Assembly (NCBI GenBank): GCA_028275105.1
Contig: JAQCNI010000008.1
Coordinates: forward strand, 764-64,763
DNA length: 64,000 nucleotides
DNA from: Halorubrum sp.
GTDB taxonomy: Archaea > Halobacteriota > Halobacteria > Halobacteriales > Haloferacaceae
Direction of reading: 5' to 3'
Part shown: one piece after another, positions 8,953 through 17,666 of the stretch
Layout: each line of letters opens with the position of its first letter
Numbering within the stretch: the stretch's first letter is position 1
Notes under the pieces: model-generated
Database searches by the model: none
The model's input: only the letters and a program-made list of their open reading frames with translations
What the model was told of the DNA's origin: nothing
Translations under genes and position numbers: made by a program

Positions 8953-9573
8953 ATGTTCGAAGACCGCCCGGACCGCGACGCCGAGGTCGTCCTCGTCGGC
9001 CGGTCGAACGTCGGCAAGTCGACCGTGATGCGCGGGCTGACCGGCCACGACTTCTCGACCGGCGGCAAGCCGGGGGTCACCCGCCAGCCCAACCACTTCG
9101 ACTGGTCGAGCGAGTCGTTCATGTTCACCGATCTGCCGGGGTTCGGCTTCATGTCGGGCGTCGAGGCCGACCGCCGCGAGGAGATCAAGACCGACGTGAT
9201 CCGATACGTCGAGGCCAACGCCGAGACCATCCTCGCGGGCGTCGTCGTCGTCGACGGAAAGAGCGCGGTCGACATCATCGATCGGCACCGGGAGCGCGGG
9301 AACGTTCCCCACGACGTCGAGATGTTCGAATTTCTCCGGGAGGTCGGTGCCGACCCGATCGTGGCGGTGAACAAGACCGACAAGATCGACGACCTCGACG
9401 ACCGGCTCGACGCGATCTGCGACCGGCTCGGGTTGTTCCCGCCGTGGCAACAGTGGTCCGAAACGATCGCGCCTATCTGTGCGAAGCACGACGACATCGG
9501 GGCGTTGGAGGAGTGTCTTCGAGACCGATTTCATGACCACAATCGCGACGACCTGCTGAAGTTCATTTCGTAG
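8953..9573 (+). CDS. engB: GTP-binding protein EngB (YihA family)
   Basis: G1 [10 protein letters not shown]3 DLPGFG, G4 NKTD. ATG at 8953. Confidence 0.85.
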   Translation: MFEDRPDRDAEVVLVGRSNVGKSTVMRGLTGHDFSTGGKPGVTRQPNHFDWSSESFMFTDLPGFGFMSGVEADRREEIKTDVIRYVEANAETILAGVVVVDGKSAVDIIDRHRERGNVPHDVEMFEFLREVGADPIVAVNKTDKIDDLDDRLDAICDRLGLFPPWQQWSETIAPICAKHDDIGALEECLRDRFHDHNRDDLLKFIS

Positions 9574-9636
9574 GTTGCTGATGGGGTTTCCGTTCGGTAC
9601 TGCCTGGAAATCTTGTGCGATCTATATTGTCAAATC

Positions 9637-9977
9637 CCCACCCGCTCGCTACGGCTCAGTTGGTGGCACAGTGACCACCGCCAAAGCCCCAACCGCGAGG
9701 GCTCGGGGGCCTCGCTGTGGTCCTCAGTCGCTCACTCCGTTCGCTCCTTGCGGTCCTTGCGTCGGCCGCCATCGCCCTCGCGATTGCCCCTTTGAGTCCC
9801 ACCCGCACAGTACCGCGACCGCACCTCACGCCTCCCCAACCTCGCCGCTCGCTGCTCGCGGTTTCACCGCTCGCAATCGAGGTGCTCGTTTCACTCGCAC
9901 CTCGCACCGCTCGCGGCATCCCTCGCGCTCGGGTTCGCGCCCATGGGGCGCTCACCGGAGCGCGCCGCCGCATGATC
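9637..9977 (+). repeat. Third copy of the modular repeat that forms the 611-1404 foldback
   Basis: 9780-9960 is near-identical to the reverse complement of about 1020-1200 (cctcacgcctccccaacctcgccgctc.ctgctcgcggtttcaccgctcgcaatcgaggtgctcgtttcactcgcacctcgcaccgctcgcggcatccctcgcgctcgg). gtgaccaccgcca.agcccca.ccgc is shared with 501-528. Confidence 0.85.
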
Positions 9978-10055
9978 CTTTCTAGTATCACGTCGCCATC
10001 GACGTTTCTAGTATCACGTCGCCATCGACGTTTCTAGTATCACGTCGCCATCGAC
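9978..10055. repeat. 26-bp tandem repeat, 3 copies (tttctagtatcacgtcgccatcgacg)
   Basis: tttctag begins at 9978, 10004 and 10030. The repeat sits about 65 bp upstream of the coaBC ATG. Confidence 0.9.
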
Positions 10056-10121
10056 GGTCGGCGGGCCCATCCCGACCCGAACGCCACCATATAAGCCGCC
10101 GCGGCGGGAACGGTCCCGGTA

Positions 10122-11279
10122 ATGCTGGAGGGGGTCAACGTCGCGCTCGGCGTCTCGGGCAGCATCGCGGCCGTGAAGGTCGTCGAACTCGCCCACGAAC
10201 TGCGGCGTCATGGCGCAAGCGTCCGCGCAGTGATGTCGCCCGCAGCGACGAACATCGTTCACCCGTGGGCGGTCGACTTCGGGACCGACGAGCCCGTCAT
10301 CACGGAGATCACCGGCGACGTCGAGCACGTGGAACTTTGCGGCCGGGAGGGCTGGGCCGACGTGCTCCTGCTCGCGCCCGCGACCGCGAACACCGCCGGG
10401 AAGGTCGCGGCCGCGATCGACGACACCCCGGTGACGACGTGCGCAACGACGGCGCTGGGGGCCGGACTGCCGGTCGTGATGGCCCCGGCGATGCACGAAC
10501 CGATGTACGATCATCCCGGCGTGCTCGCCGCGCTCGACACCCTGTCGGCGTGGGGCGTGACGTTCGCCGACCCTCGGATCGAGGAGGGGAAAGCGAAGAT
10601 CGCGGCCGAGTCGACGATCGTAACCGAAGTCGCCCGCGCGACGACGCCGGACGCCCTCGCCGGAACCCACGTCGTCGTCACCGCGGGCGCAACCAGGGAG
10701 CGGATCGACCCGATCCGGATCCTGACGAACCGCGCGTCCGGGCGGACGGGCAGGGCGGTCGCCCGGGGCTGTTACGTCCGCGGCGCGGACGTGACCCTCG
10801 TCCACGACGGCGACGACGTCCCCTTTGCGGACGTGGTCCGGGTCGAGACCGCCGACGAAATGATCGCGGCCTGTCGCGAGGCGGCCGTCACGGCGAACGC
10901 GCTGGTCTCGGCCGCGGCCATCGCCGACTTCACCGCCGACGCGGTCGACGAGAAGATCCGCTCCGGCTCGCCGCTGTCGGTGGAACTTCACCCGACGCCG
11001 AAACTGCTCGACTCGGTCCGTGCCGAGCACCCCGACCTCCCGCTCGTGGGGTTCAAAGCCGAGACGTCGGGCGACGACGCGGCGATGATCTCGGAGGCGG
11101 AGCGGATCCGCGACCGCGTCAATCTCGCGTTCGTCGTCGCCAACGACGCGAGCGTGATGGGCAAATCCGACACTCGCGCGCTGGTCGTCGGACCGGACCA
11201 CACCGACGAGTACGTCGGCGATAAGGACGGGCTCGGCGGCCGGGTCGCGACCGAGGTCGCGGCCGTGCTCGACGACTGA
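10122..11279 (+). CDS. coaBC: Bifunctional phosphopantothenoylcysteine decarboxylase / phosphopantothenate-cysteine ligase
   Basis: An N-terminal flavoprotein domain (GVSGSIAAVK, PATANT) and a C-terminal DFP domain (TAGATRERIDPIR.LTNRASG). Confidence 0.9.
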   Translation: MLEGVNVALGVSGSIAAVKVVELAHELRRHGASVRAVMSPAATNIVHPWAVDFGTDEPVITEITGDVEHVELCGREGWADVLLLAPATANTAGKVAAAIDDTPVTTCATTALGAGLPVVMAPAMHEPMYDHPGVLAALDTLSAWGVTFADPRIEEGKAKIAAESTIVTEVARATTPDALAGTHVVVTAGATRERIDPIRILTNRASGRTGRAVARGCYVRGADVTLVHDGDDVPFADVVRVETADEMIAACREAAVTANALVSAAAIADFTADAVDEKIRSGSPLSVELHPTPKLLDSVRAEHPDLPLVGFKAETSGDDAAMISEAERIRDRVNLAFVVANDASVMGKSDTRALVVGPDHTDEYVGDKDGLGGRVATEVAAVLDD

Positions 11280-11406
11280 TCGGAACCGTTCTCGGCGGGT
11301 CGTCGGCGACGATCGGCCGATTCGAAATAGTTTTGCGTATCCCGTGGTTCGCTTCGGTTAACGACTCTCGTATCCCCGAAATACGTCGTGCCGACCGCTA
11401 CCCACA

Positions 11407-12453
11407 ATGACTGACCCCGATCCCGTCCGACTGTTGGTGCCGGTCGATGACTCCGTGACGCTACGGAACACGGTCGCGTACGCCGTCGAACGGGCGAGCG
11501 CGGCGGCGGCCGACCGGCCGGTCGAACTCCACTTCGTCGTCGTCACCAGAACGCGGTCGGTCAGCCCGGACGCGCCGTCGGAGCTGGGCGACGCGAGGGA
11601 CCTCCTCGAACGCGTGGCGCTCTGGGTCGACGAGGACGCGACCGAGGCGATTCGACCGTCGATCACGGTCGATACCGACGTGATCGGGGTGGACCGATAC
11701 CTGTTCAGCCCCGGCGACTACGCCGATACGCTACTCGAGTACGCGGCCGACGCGGACGTCGAGCGAATCATTCTCGACCCGGAGTACAGTCCCGGCGGAG
11801 CGGCCCCGCTGTTGCGCCCGCTGGAGTTCGAGTTGACCCGTGGCGACGTCACGGTCGAGGAGGCATCGGTCGACCGCCAGGCCAAGCGGACGGTTCTCGC
11901 CCGCGCGGCCCCCCTTTCGAAGTACTTCACCGTATTCGGGGCCGCGTACCTGTTTTATCTGCTGTTGAGCACGTGGAAGCCGCTCGATTTTTTCACCGGA
12001 TTCGTGACCGCGGCGATCGTGTCCGTCGTGCTCGCGCCGGTCGTCTCCGGGGAACCGGCGGCGGTGCGCCGGACCGGCGGGCGGCTCCTTCGGTTCGTCC
12101 TGTACGCGGTCTACCTGCTCAAGGAGATCGCGGTCGCCAACCTCCAGATCGCGTACGTCGTCCTCCACCCGGACCTTCCGATCGATCCGAAACTCGTCCG
12201 ATTCCAGGCCGCGGTGTGGAGCGATTCGGGCGTCACGACGCTCGCGAACAGCATCACCCTGACGCCCGGGACGCTGACGGTCAGGGTCGCCGAGGACGGG
12301 TTCGAGATCCATTCGCTGACCGAGGGCGCCCGCGAGGACCTCTTCGACGGCGGGCTCGAACGGGCGGTCCGGTTCGTGTTCTACGGCCGCGCGGCGGCGG
12401 TGATCCCGTCCCCGCGAGAGCGTGGCGACACCGGGGAGGGAGAGGATGGTTGA
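11407..12453 (+). CDS. mnhE: Mrp/Mnh antiporter subunit E fused to an N-terminal universal-stress-protein-like domain
   Basis: The N-terminus (LLVPVDDSVTLRNTVAYAV...ILDPEYSP) is USP-like. The C-terminus (LLKEIAVANLQIAYVVLHPDLPIDP...ANSITLTPGT) is MnhE. Confidence 0.8.
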   Translation: MTDPDPVRLLVPVDDSVTLRNTVAYAVERASAAAADRPVELHFVVVTRTRSVSPDAPSELGDARDLLERVALWVDEDATEAIRPSITVDTDVIGVDRYLFSPGDYADTLLEYAADADVERIILDPEYSPGGAAPLLRPLEFELTRGDVTVEEASVDRQAKRTVLARAAPLSKYFTVFGAAYLFYLLLSTWKPLDFFTGFVTAAIVSVVLAPVVSGEPAAVRRTGGRLLRFVLYAVYLLKEIAVANLQIAYVVLHPDLPIDPKLVRFQAAVWSDSGVTTLANSITLTPGTLTVRVAEDGFEIHSLTEGAREDLFDGGLERAVRFVFYGRAAAVIPSPRERGDTGEGEDG

Positions 12454-12721
12454 GTTCGAGACGGCGCTGCTGGCGGTCGCGGCCGCCTTCGTTCTGTTCG
12501 CGACCGTCGCGCTGTATCGCGTCTACGCCGGCCCGACGACCCACGATCGGGTCATCGCGGTCAACGTCGCGGGGACGAACACCGTCATCGCCATCGCGCT
12601 GGTCGCCGCCGCGTTCGGGCAGTCGGTGTTCCTCGACGTGGCGCTGGTGTACGCCCTGTTGAACTTCCTGCTGTCGATAGCGTTCTCCAAGTTCAACGTC
12701 GAACGGGGGAACGTGTTATGA
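12446..12721 (+). CDS. mnhF: Mrp/Mnh antiporter subunit F
   Basis: 91 aa with 3 TM segments and GPTTHDRVIAVN. ATG 12446 overlaps the mnhE end. Confidence 0.8.
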   Translation: MVEFETALLAVAAAFVLFATVALYRVYAGPTTHDRVIAVNVAGTNTVIAIALVAAAFGQSVFLDVALVYALLNFLLSIAFSKFNVERGNVL

Positions 12722-13041
12722 CGCCCTTCGAGTGGGTCATCGTCGGAATTGCGGTCGTCGGCGCCTTCTTCGGCGCGGTCGCGGCCATCGGCATCGTGCG
12801 GCTCCCGGACGTGTACACCCGGGCCCACGCGGCGTCGAAGAGCGACACGCTGGCGACCGTCCTCGCCGTGGGGGCGGCCGCGCTCACGCTCGACTCGGGA
12901 CTCTCGACGGTCAAGTCGGTGTTCCTCATCGTGTTCCTGTTCGTCACGAACCCCACGGCGGCACACGCGATCGCCCGGGCAGCACGGGACCAGGGAATCG
13001 AGCCGTGGACGACCGGCACGGAGGAGGGGGACGACCGATGA
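12718..13041 (+). CDS. mnhG: Mrp/Mnh antiporter subunit G
   Basis: GIVRLPDVYTRAHAASKSDTL...TNPTAAHAIARAA. Confidence 0.85.
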   Translation: MTPFEWVIVGIAVVGAFFGAVAAIGIVRLPDVYTRAHAASKSDTLATVLAVGAAALTLDSGLSTVKSVFLIVFLFVTNPTAAHAIARAARDQGIEPWTTGTEEGDDR

Positions 13042-13577
13042 CGCTGACGCTGCTCGAGGCGGCGCTACTACTCTTCGTCGTCGGCTGTGCGGTGGGCACG
13101 GCCCTCCTTGAGGACACGTTGGCCGCGGTGATGGCGTTCGCAGCCTACAGTCTTGGCGTCTCCGTCCTCTGGCTCGTCCTTCAGGCACCCGACGTCGGGC
13201 TGACCGAGGCCGCCGTCGGCGCCGGGATCATGACGATCCTGTTCTTGTTGGCGCTGTCGAACACCGTCACGCCGGACGCCGACCGCATTCTCGAACCGGT
13301 TCGCTGGCGGACGGTGGCGCTGGTCGGCGGGTTCGTTCTGCTGATCGGGGTGACCGTTCCCGCACTCCCCGCGGTCAGCGACCCGACCGCGCCGGTCGCC
13401 AGCGGTGAGGTCACGACGTACTACCTCGAGAACGCGTACGAACAGACGGACGTCCGGAACGCCGTCACGGCCGTGCTCGCGGCCTACCGCGGTTTCGACA
13501 CCCTCGGCGAGGCCGTCGTCGTATACGCGGCGGGCATCGTCGCGCTGTCGGTGCTCCGGCGGGAGGTGTTCGCATGA
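13038..13577 (+). CDS. MnhB-associated membrane protein (DUF4040-like N-terminal module of subunit B/A)
   Basis: ATG 13038 overlaps the mnhG stop. LQAPDVGLTEAAVGAGI and NAVTAVLAAYRGFDTLGE. Confidence 0.75.
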   Translation: MTLTLLEAALLLFVVGCAVGTALLEDTLAAVMAFAAYSLGVSVLWLVLQAPDVGLTEAAVGAGIMTILFLLALSNTVTPDADRILEPVRWRTVALVGGFVLLIGVTVPALPAVSDPTAPVASGEVTTYYLENAYEQTDVRNAVTAVLAAYRGFDTLGEAVVVYAAGIVALSVLRREVFA

Positions 13578-14128
13578 GCGCCGACGACGTCGCCGACGAC
13601 GTTGATGGTGACGGTGCCGGCGGCGGCGGTGCCGAACCCGGCAACGGTCCCACCGAAGCCGATGAGTTCGACGACCGCCCGGGACTGTACGTCGAATCCA
13701 CGGTGATCATGACGACCGTCCGCGTCGTCGCACCGTTCGTTCTCACCTTCGCGCTATTCATCATGTTCCATGGCGCGGACTCGCCCGGCGGCGGCTTCCA
13801 GGGCGGGGTGATCGCGGGGTCGGTCGTGATGATGCTCGCGTTCGCGTACGGGATCGAATCCACGCGGCGGTGGATTGACGTCCGGGCCGTCGTGGCGCTG
13901 GCGGCCGGGGGGGTACTCGCTTTCGTCGGCATCGGCGTCGGGGCCATCGTCCTCGGCGGGCAGTTCCTCCAGTACACCGAGTACGAGCGGCTGCTCGACC
14001 ACGCCAGCAAGTACGGCATCGAACTGGTCGAACTGGGCATCGGCGCCATCGTCGCCAGCGTCGCGATCGGGCTCTTCTTCCTGCTCGCGGCCGGGTTCAC
14101 GCATGCCGTGGAGGGGGAGACGGCGTGA
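13574..14128 (+). CDS. mnhB: Mrp/Mnh antiporter subunit B
   Basis: HGADSPGGGFQGGVIAGS is the MnhB signature. ATGA overlap with the preceding gene. Confidence 0.8.
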   Translation: MSADDVADDVDGDGAGGGGAEPGNGPTEADEFDDRPGLYVESTVIMTTVRVVAPFVLTFALFIMFHGADSPGGGFQGGVIAGSVVMMLAFAYGIESTRRWIDVRAVVALAAGGVLAFVGIGVGAIVLGGQFLQYTEYERLLDHASKYGIELVELGIGAIVASVAIGLFFLLAAGFTHAVEGETA

Positions 14129-14490
14129 CGCTGGACCCGAGCCTGCTGACGACCCATTACAACTACTACGCGGTGATCGTCCTGCTCGGCATCGGCCTGT
14201 ACACTCTCATCGAGTCGAGCGACCTCGTGAAGAAGGTGATCGGGATGAACGTGTTCCAGACGGCCATCTTCCTCTTTTTCATCACGCTGGCGTACCGCAG
14301 CGGCGCCAACCCCCCGGTCGTGACGGACGGCGGCGGCCCGTACGTCAGCCCGTTGCCCCACGTACTCATTCTGACCGCCATCGTCGTCGGGGTGAGCCTG
14401 ACGGCCGTCGCGCTCGCGCTCGTCGTCCGGATCTACGCGGAGTACGGCACGTTCGACGAGGAGACCCTAAGGGAACTCTACCATGATTGA
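14125..14490 (+). CDS. mnhC: Mrp/Mnh antiporter subunit C (NuoK-like)
   Basis: 121 aa with 3 TM segments, GMNVFQTAIFLFFI and PLPHVLILTAIVV. Confidence 0.85.
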   Translation: MTLDPSLLTTHYNYYAVIVLLGIGLYTLIESSDLVKKVIGMNVFQTAIFLFFITLAYRSGANPPVVTDGGGPYVSPLPHVLILTAIVVGVSLTAVALALVVRIYAEYGTFDEETLRELYHD

Positions 14491-15958
14491 CCACCTCATC
14501 GTCCTGCTCGTCGTCGTCCCGATAGTCGGGGCGACCGTGCCGCTCGTAGCGAGCCTCTACGCCGACCGTGGCGGCTGGCTCGTCGCGACGGCGACGACGC
14601 TGGTCCACGCCGCGATCGCCGGCGCGCTCGCCGTGACCGTCTGGACCGACGGCGTCGTCAGGTACGCCGTCGGCGGGTTCGTCGCGCCGTACGGGATCGA
14701 ACTCGTCGCCGACGGGCTCACGATAGCGGTCGTCGTCCTCATCGGCGCCGTGTCGGTCGGCGTGCTCGCGTACGCACATCACGCCGGTCCCCACACGAAC
14801 TCGTTTTACGGCCAGTTCCTCCTCCTCGTCGCCGGCCTGACCGGGATGACCGTCACCGGGGACGTGTTCAACCTCTACGTCTTCCTCGAGATCACCGGGT
14901 TGGCCGCCTACGGGCTCGTCGCGAGCGGCCCGGGGGCGCGGTCGGCGGTCGCGGCGCTGAAGTACCTGATCATCGGCACCATCGGGGCGTCGATGTACCT
15001 GCTCGGCGTCGGCTACGCGCTGGCGGCCACCGGCACCCTGAACATGGTCGATCTGAGCGAGAAACTCGCCGCGGTGGGCTACGACTCGACGCTCGTGGTG
15101 ACGTCGTTCGCGCTGATCGTCGGCGGGCTTGCGGTGAAGGTCGCGCTGTTCCCGCTTCACACCTGGCAGCCGGACGCCTACGCCGACGCGCCCGACAGCG
15201 TCAGCGCGTTCATTGCCGCGCTCGTGTCCACGGTGTCGGCGTACGCGATGGCCCGCGTGCTGTTCTCGGTGTTCACCGTCGACTTCCTCGCCGCCGTCCC
15301 GGTCGCCCGGTGGGCGCTGGTCGGCGTCGCGTCCGTCAGCATCGTGGCCGGAAGCGCGCTCGCGGTGTCCCAGTCGAGCATTCAACGGATGTTGGCGTAC
15401 TCGTCGGTCTCGCAGTTCGGCCTCGTGATCGCCGGGTTCGCCATCGCGACGCCGCTTGCCGTGGTCGGCGCGACGATCCACCTCGTCGGCCACGCCGTGA
15501 TGAAGGGCGGCCTCTTCGCCGCCGCCGGGATCATCGAGCGGAAGACGGGGGCGACGACCGTCGAGGGGTACGCCGGGATCGGGGGTCGCGCGCCTGTCGC
15601 GACCGGGGCGTTCACCGTGCTGGCGCTGGGGATGGTCGGGGTACCCCCCGCGGTCGGCTTCGTCGGCAAGTGGTACATTCTCGTCGGGGCCGTGAACGCC
15701 GGCGTCTGGCCGATCGTCGCCGTCCTGCTGGCGAGCACACTGTTGACGCTCGCGTACTTCGCCAAGCTCGGCGAGCGGCTCTACTTCACCGACTCGGTGA
15801 CCGGCGACGGGGCGGTCGCGGCCGACGGCGGCGAGCGCGTCTCGACCGCCATGGTCGTCGTCGTGGTCGTCGCCGCGGTCCTCGCGGTGGCGCTCACCGC
15901 GGCCGTTCCCGTTCTCGAACAGGTGCTCGAAGCGACGCTCCCGCCGCTGCTAGCGTAA
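14483..15958 (+). CDS. mnhD: Mrp subunit D-like proton-conducting membrane protein (NuoN/L/M family), copy 1
   Basis: 491 aa. FPLHTWQPDAYADAP and AYSSVSQFG are motifs of Complex-I antiporter-like subunits. Confidence 0.85.
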   Translation: MIDHLIVLLVVVPIVGATVPLVASLYADRGGWLVATATTLVHAAIAGALAVTVWTDGVVRYAVGGFVAPYGIELVADGLTIAVVVLIGAVSVGVLAYAHHAGPHTNSFYGQFLLLVAGLTGMTVTGDVFNLYVFLEITGLAAYGLVASGPGARSAVAALKYLIIGTIGASMYLLGVGYALAATGTLNMVDLSEKLAAVGYDSTLVVTSFALIVGGLAVKVALFPLHTWQPDAYADAPDSVSAFIAALVSTVSAYAMARVLFSVFTVDFLAAVPVARWALVGVASVSIVAGSALAVSQSSIQRMLAYSSVSQFGLVIAGFAIATPLAVVGATIHLVGHAVMKGGLFAAAGIIERKTGATTVEGYAGIGGRAPVATGAFTVLALGMVGVPPAVGFVGKWYILVGAVNAGVWPIVAVLLASTLLTLAYFAKLGERLYFTDSVTGDGAVAADGGERVSTAMVVVVVVAAVLAVALTAAVPVLEQVLEATLPPLLA

Positions 15959-15983
15959 TGACCCGTTACCGAACTCCCCATCC

Positions 15984-17666
15984 ATGACCGACCTCGTCTC
16001 CGTCCGACCGTTGTTCGCCGTGCTGATCTCGCTCGTCGCGATTCCCGCGATCCTCGCGGCGAAGTCGCGCCCGAATCTCCGGGAGGGGATCACTCTCGTC
16101 GTCGCCGTGACGAAGTTCGCGGTCGTCGCGAGCATGGTCCCCGGCGTCCTCGCGGGGACCCGCTACGTCGCCCGGATCGGCGAGTTCGGCGACGAGTTCG
16201 CGCTGGTGCTGCGCGCGGACCCGCTCGGGGTCCTCTTCGCGCTGCTGGCAAGCCTGTTGTGGATCGTCACCAGCTTCTACTCCATCGGATACATGCGGGG
16301 GCTGGACGAGCACGCACAGACGCGGTACTTCGCGTCGTTCGCCGCGAGCCTCGCCTCCGCCGTCGGCGTCGCGTTCGGCGCGAACCTGCTCACCCTGTTC
16401 GTCTTCTATGAACTACTGACGGTGTCGACGTACCCGCTCGTCACGCACGACGAGACCGACGAGGCGCGCGCGGCCGGCCGGAAGTACCTCGCGTACACCT
16501 TCGGTGGCGGCGTGGCGGTGCTCGGCGGGACGGCACTCGTCCACTTCGTCGCGGGGACCACCGCGTTCACGCCGGGCGGGATCGAGGCGCTCGCGACGGC
16601 GGACCCGGCGCTGGCGCGGGCCGCGTTCGTCCTGCTCGCGGGTGGGTTCGGCGTGAAGGCCGCGCTGATGCCCGTCCACTCCTGGCTCCCCGACGCGATG
16701 GTCGCCCCGACGCCGGTGTCCGGGCTACTCCACGCGGTCGCGGTCGTGAAAAGCGGCGTGTTCGGGGTCGCGCGGGTCGTCCTCGACGTGTTCGGTACGG
16801 ATACGATGGCCGAGTTGGGGGTCGCGACGCCGCTCGCGGCCGTCGCCGCGTTCACCCTTCTGACCGCGAGCGTCATCGCGTTGCGTCAGGACAACCTCAA
16901 GCGGCGGCTGGCGTACTCAACCATCAGCCAGCTCTCGTACATCGTCCTCGGGCTGGCGCTGCTCGGGGGGAACGCGCTCATCGGCGGACTGCTCCACATC
17001 CCCGCTCACGCGTTCATGAAGCTCACGCTGTTCTTCTGTGCGGGCGCGATCCACGTCGAGACCCACACCGATGACATCAGCGACATGGCGGGGATCGGTC
17101 GGCGGATGCCGCTGACGATGGGGGCCTTCGCCGTCGCCGCCGCGGGCATGGCCGGGATCCCGCTCGTCGCCGGGTTCGTCAGCAAGTGGTACCTCGTCAT
17201 CGGCGCGCTGGAGGGCGGCGGACTGGTCTTCGCCGCCGCGCTGCTCGTCTCGGGTGCCCTGAACATCGCGTACTTCTGGCCGGTGGTGTATCAGGCGTTC
17301 TTCGAGTCGCCCGCGGACCACGACGAAAAACCCCTGATCGGCGCGGCGCTCGGCGGGCGGGCCGCCGGCGATACGGTCCGTGCCGACGGCGGGCGTGAGG
17401 ACGGCGACGGCGACGACGATGGCACCGCCCATGCCGACCTCGACTCACACGACTACGCCGACATCCACGATCATCACGGCGGCGGACCGCCGGCCGGCGG
17501 CTGGGAGGCCCGCGGCTGGCGCGGCGGCGAGAGCACGTGGTTCATGCTTGGCCCGATCCTGACCGCGGCGACCCTGTCGCTGCTGCTCGGCGTCCTCCCG
17601 CGGGGCATTGTCTTCCTTCGGATCGTTGAGACGGTCGTCGGATCGCTCCCGGGGGTGGTGGGCTGA
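15984..17666 (+). CDS. Mrp subunit D-like proton-conducting membrane protein, copy 2
   Basis: MPVHSWLPDAMVAPTPVSGLLHA and AYSTISQLSY, plus an unusual Asp/His-rich loop near the C-terminus. Confidence 0.85.
   Translation: MTDLVSVRPLFAVLISLVAIPAILAAKSRPNLREGITLVVAVTKFAVVASMVPGVLAGTRYVARIGEFGDEFALVLRADPLGVLFALLASLLWIVTSFYSIGYMRGLDEHAQTRYFASFAASLASAVGVAFGANLLTLFVFYELLTVSTYPLVTHDETDEARAAGRKYLAYTFGGGVAVLGGTALVHFVAGTTAFTPGGIEALATADPALARAAFVLLAGGFGVKAALMPVHSWLPDAMVAPTPVSGLLHAVAVVKSGVFGVARVVLDVFGTDTMAELGVATPLAAVAAFTLLTASVIALRQDNLKRRLAYSTISQLSYIVLGLALLGGNALIGGLLHIPAHAFMKLTLFFCAGAIHVETHTDDISDMAGIGRRMPLTMGAFAVAAAGMAGIPLVAGFVSKWYLVIGALEGGGLVFAAALLVSGALNIAYFWPVVYQAFFESPADHDEKPLIGAALGGRAAGDTVRADGGREDGDGDDDGTAHADLDSHDYADIHDHHGGGPPAGGWEARGWRGGESTWFMLGPILTAATLSLLLGVLPRGIVFLRIVETVVGSLPGVVG

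Noticed and set aside
516-10055. Whether any of the tandem repeats (51, 11, 26 and 31 bp) form a CRISPR array
   Set aside because: The units are directly adjacent with no unique spacers. Unit lengths and copy numbers (2-5) do not fit CRISPR architecture, and no cas genes are present in the window.
10014-11201. 395-aa minus-strand ORF and similar long antisense ORFs (for example 14366-15493, 17474-18811, 47131-49413, 39428-40440)
   Set aside because: Each is antisense or off-frame to a gene with strong motif evidence (coaBC, mnhD copies, the HerA-like gene, sdhA). Each has low-complexity Arg/Asp/Gly-rich composition.
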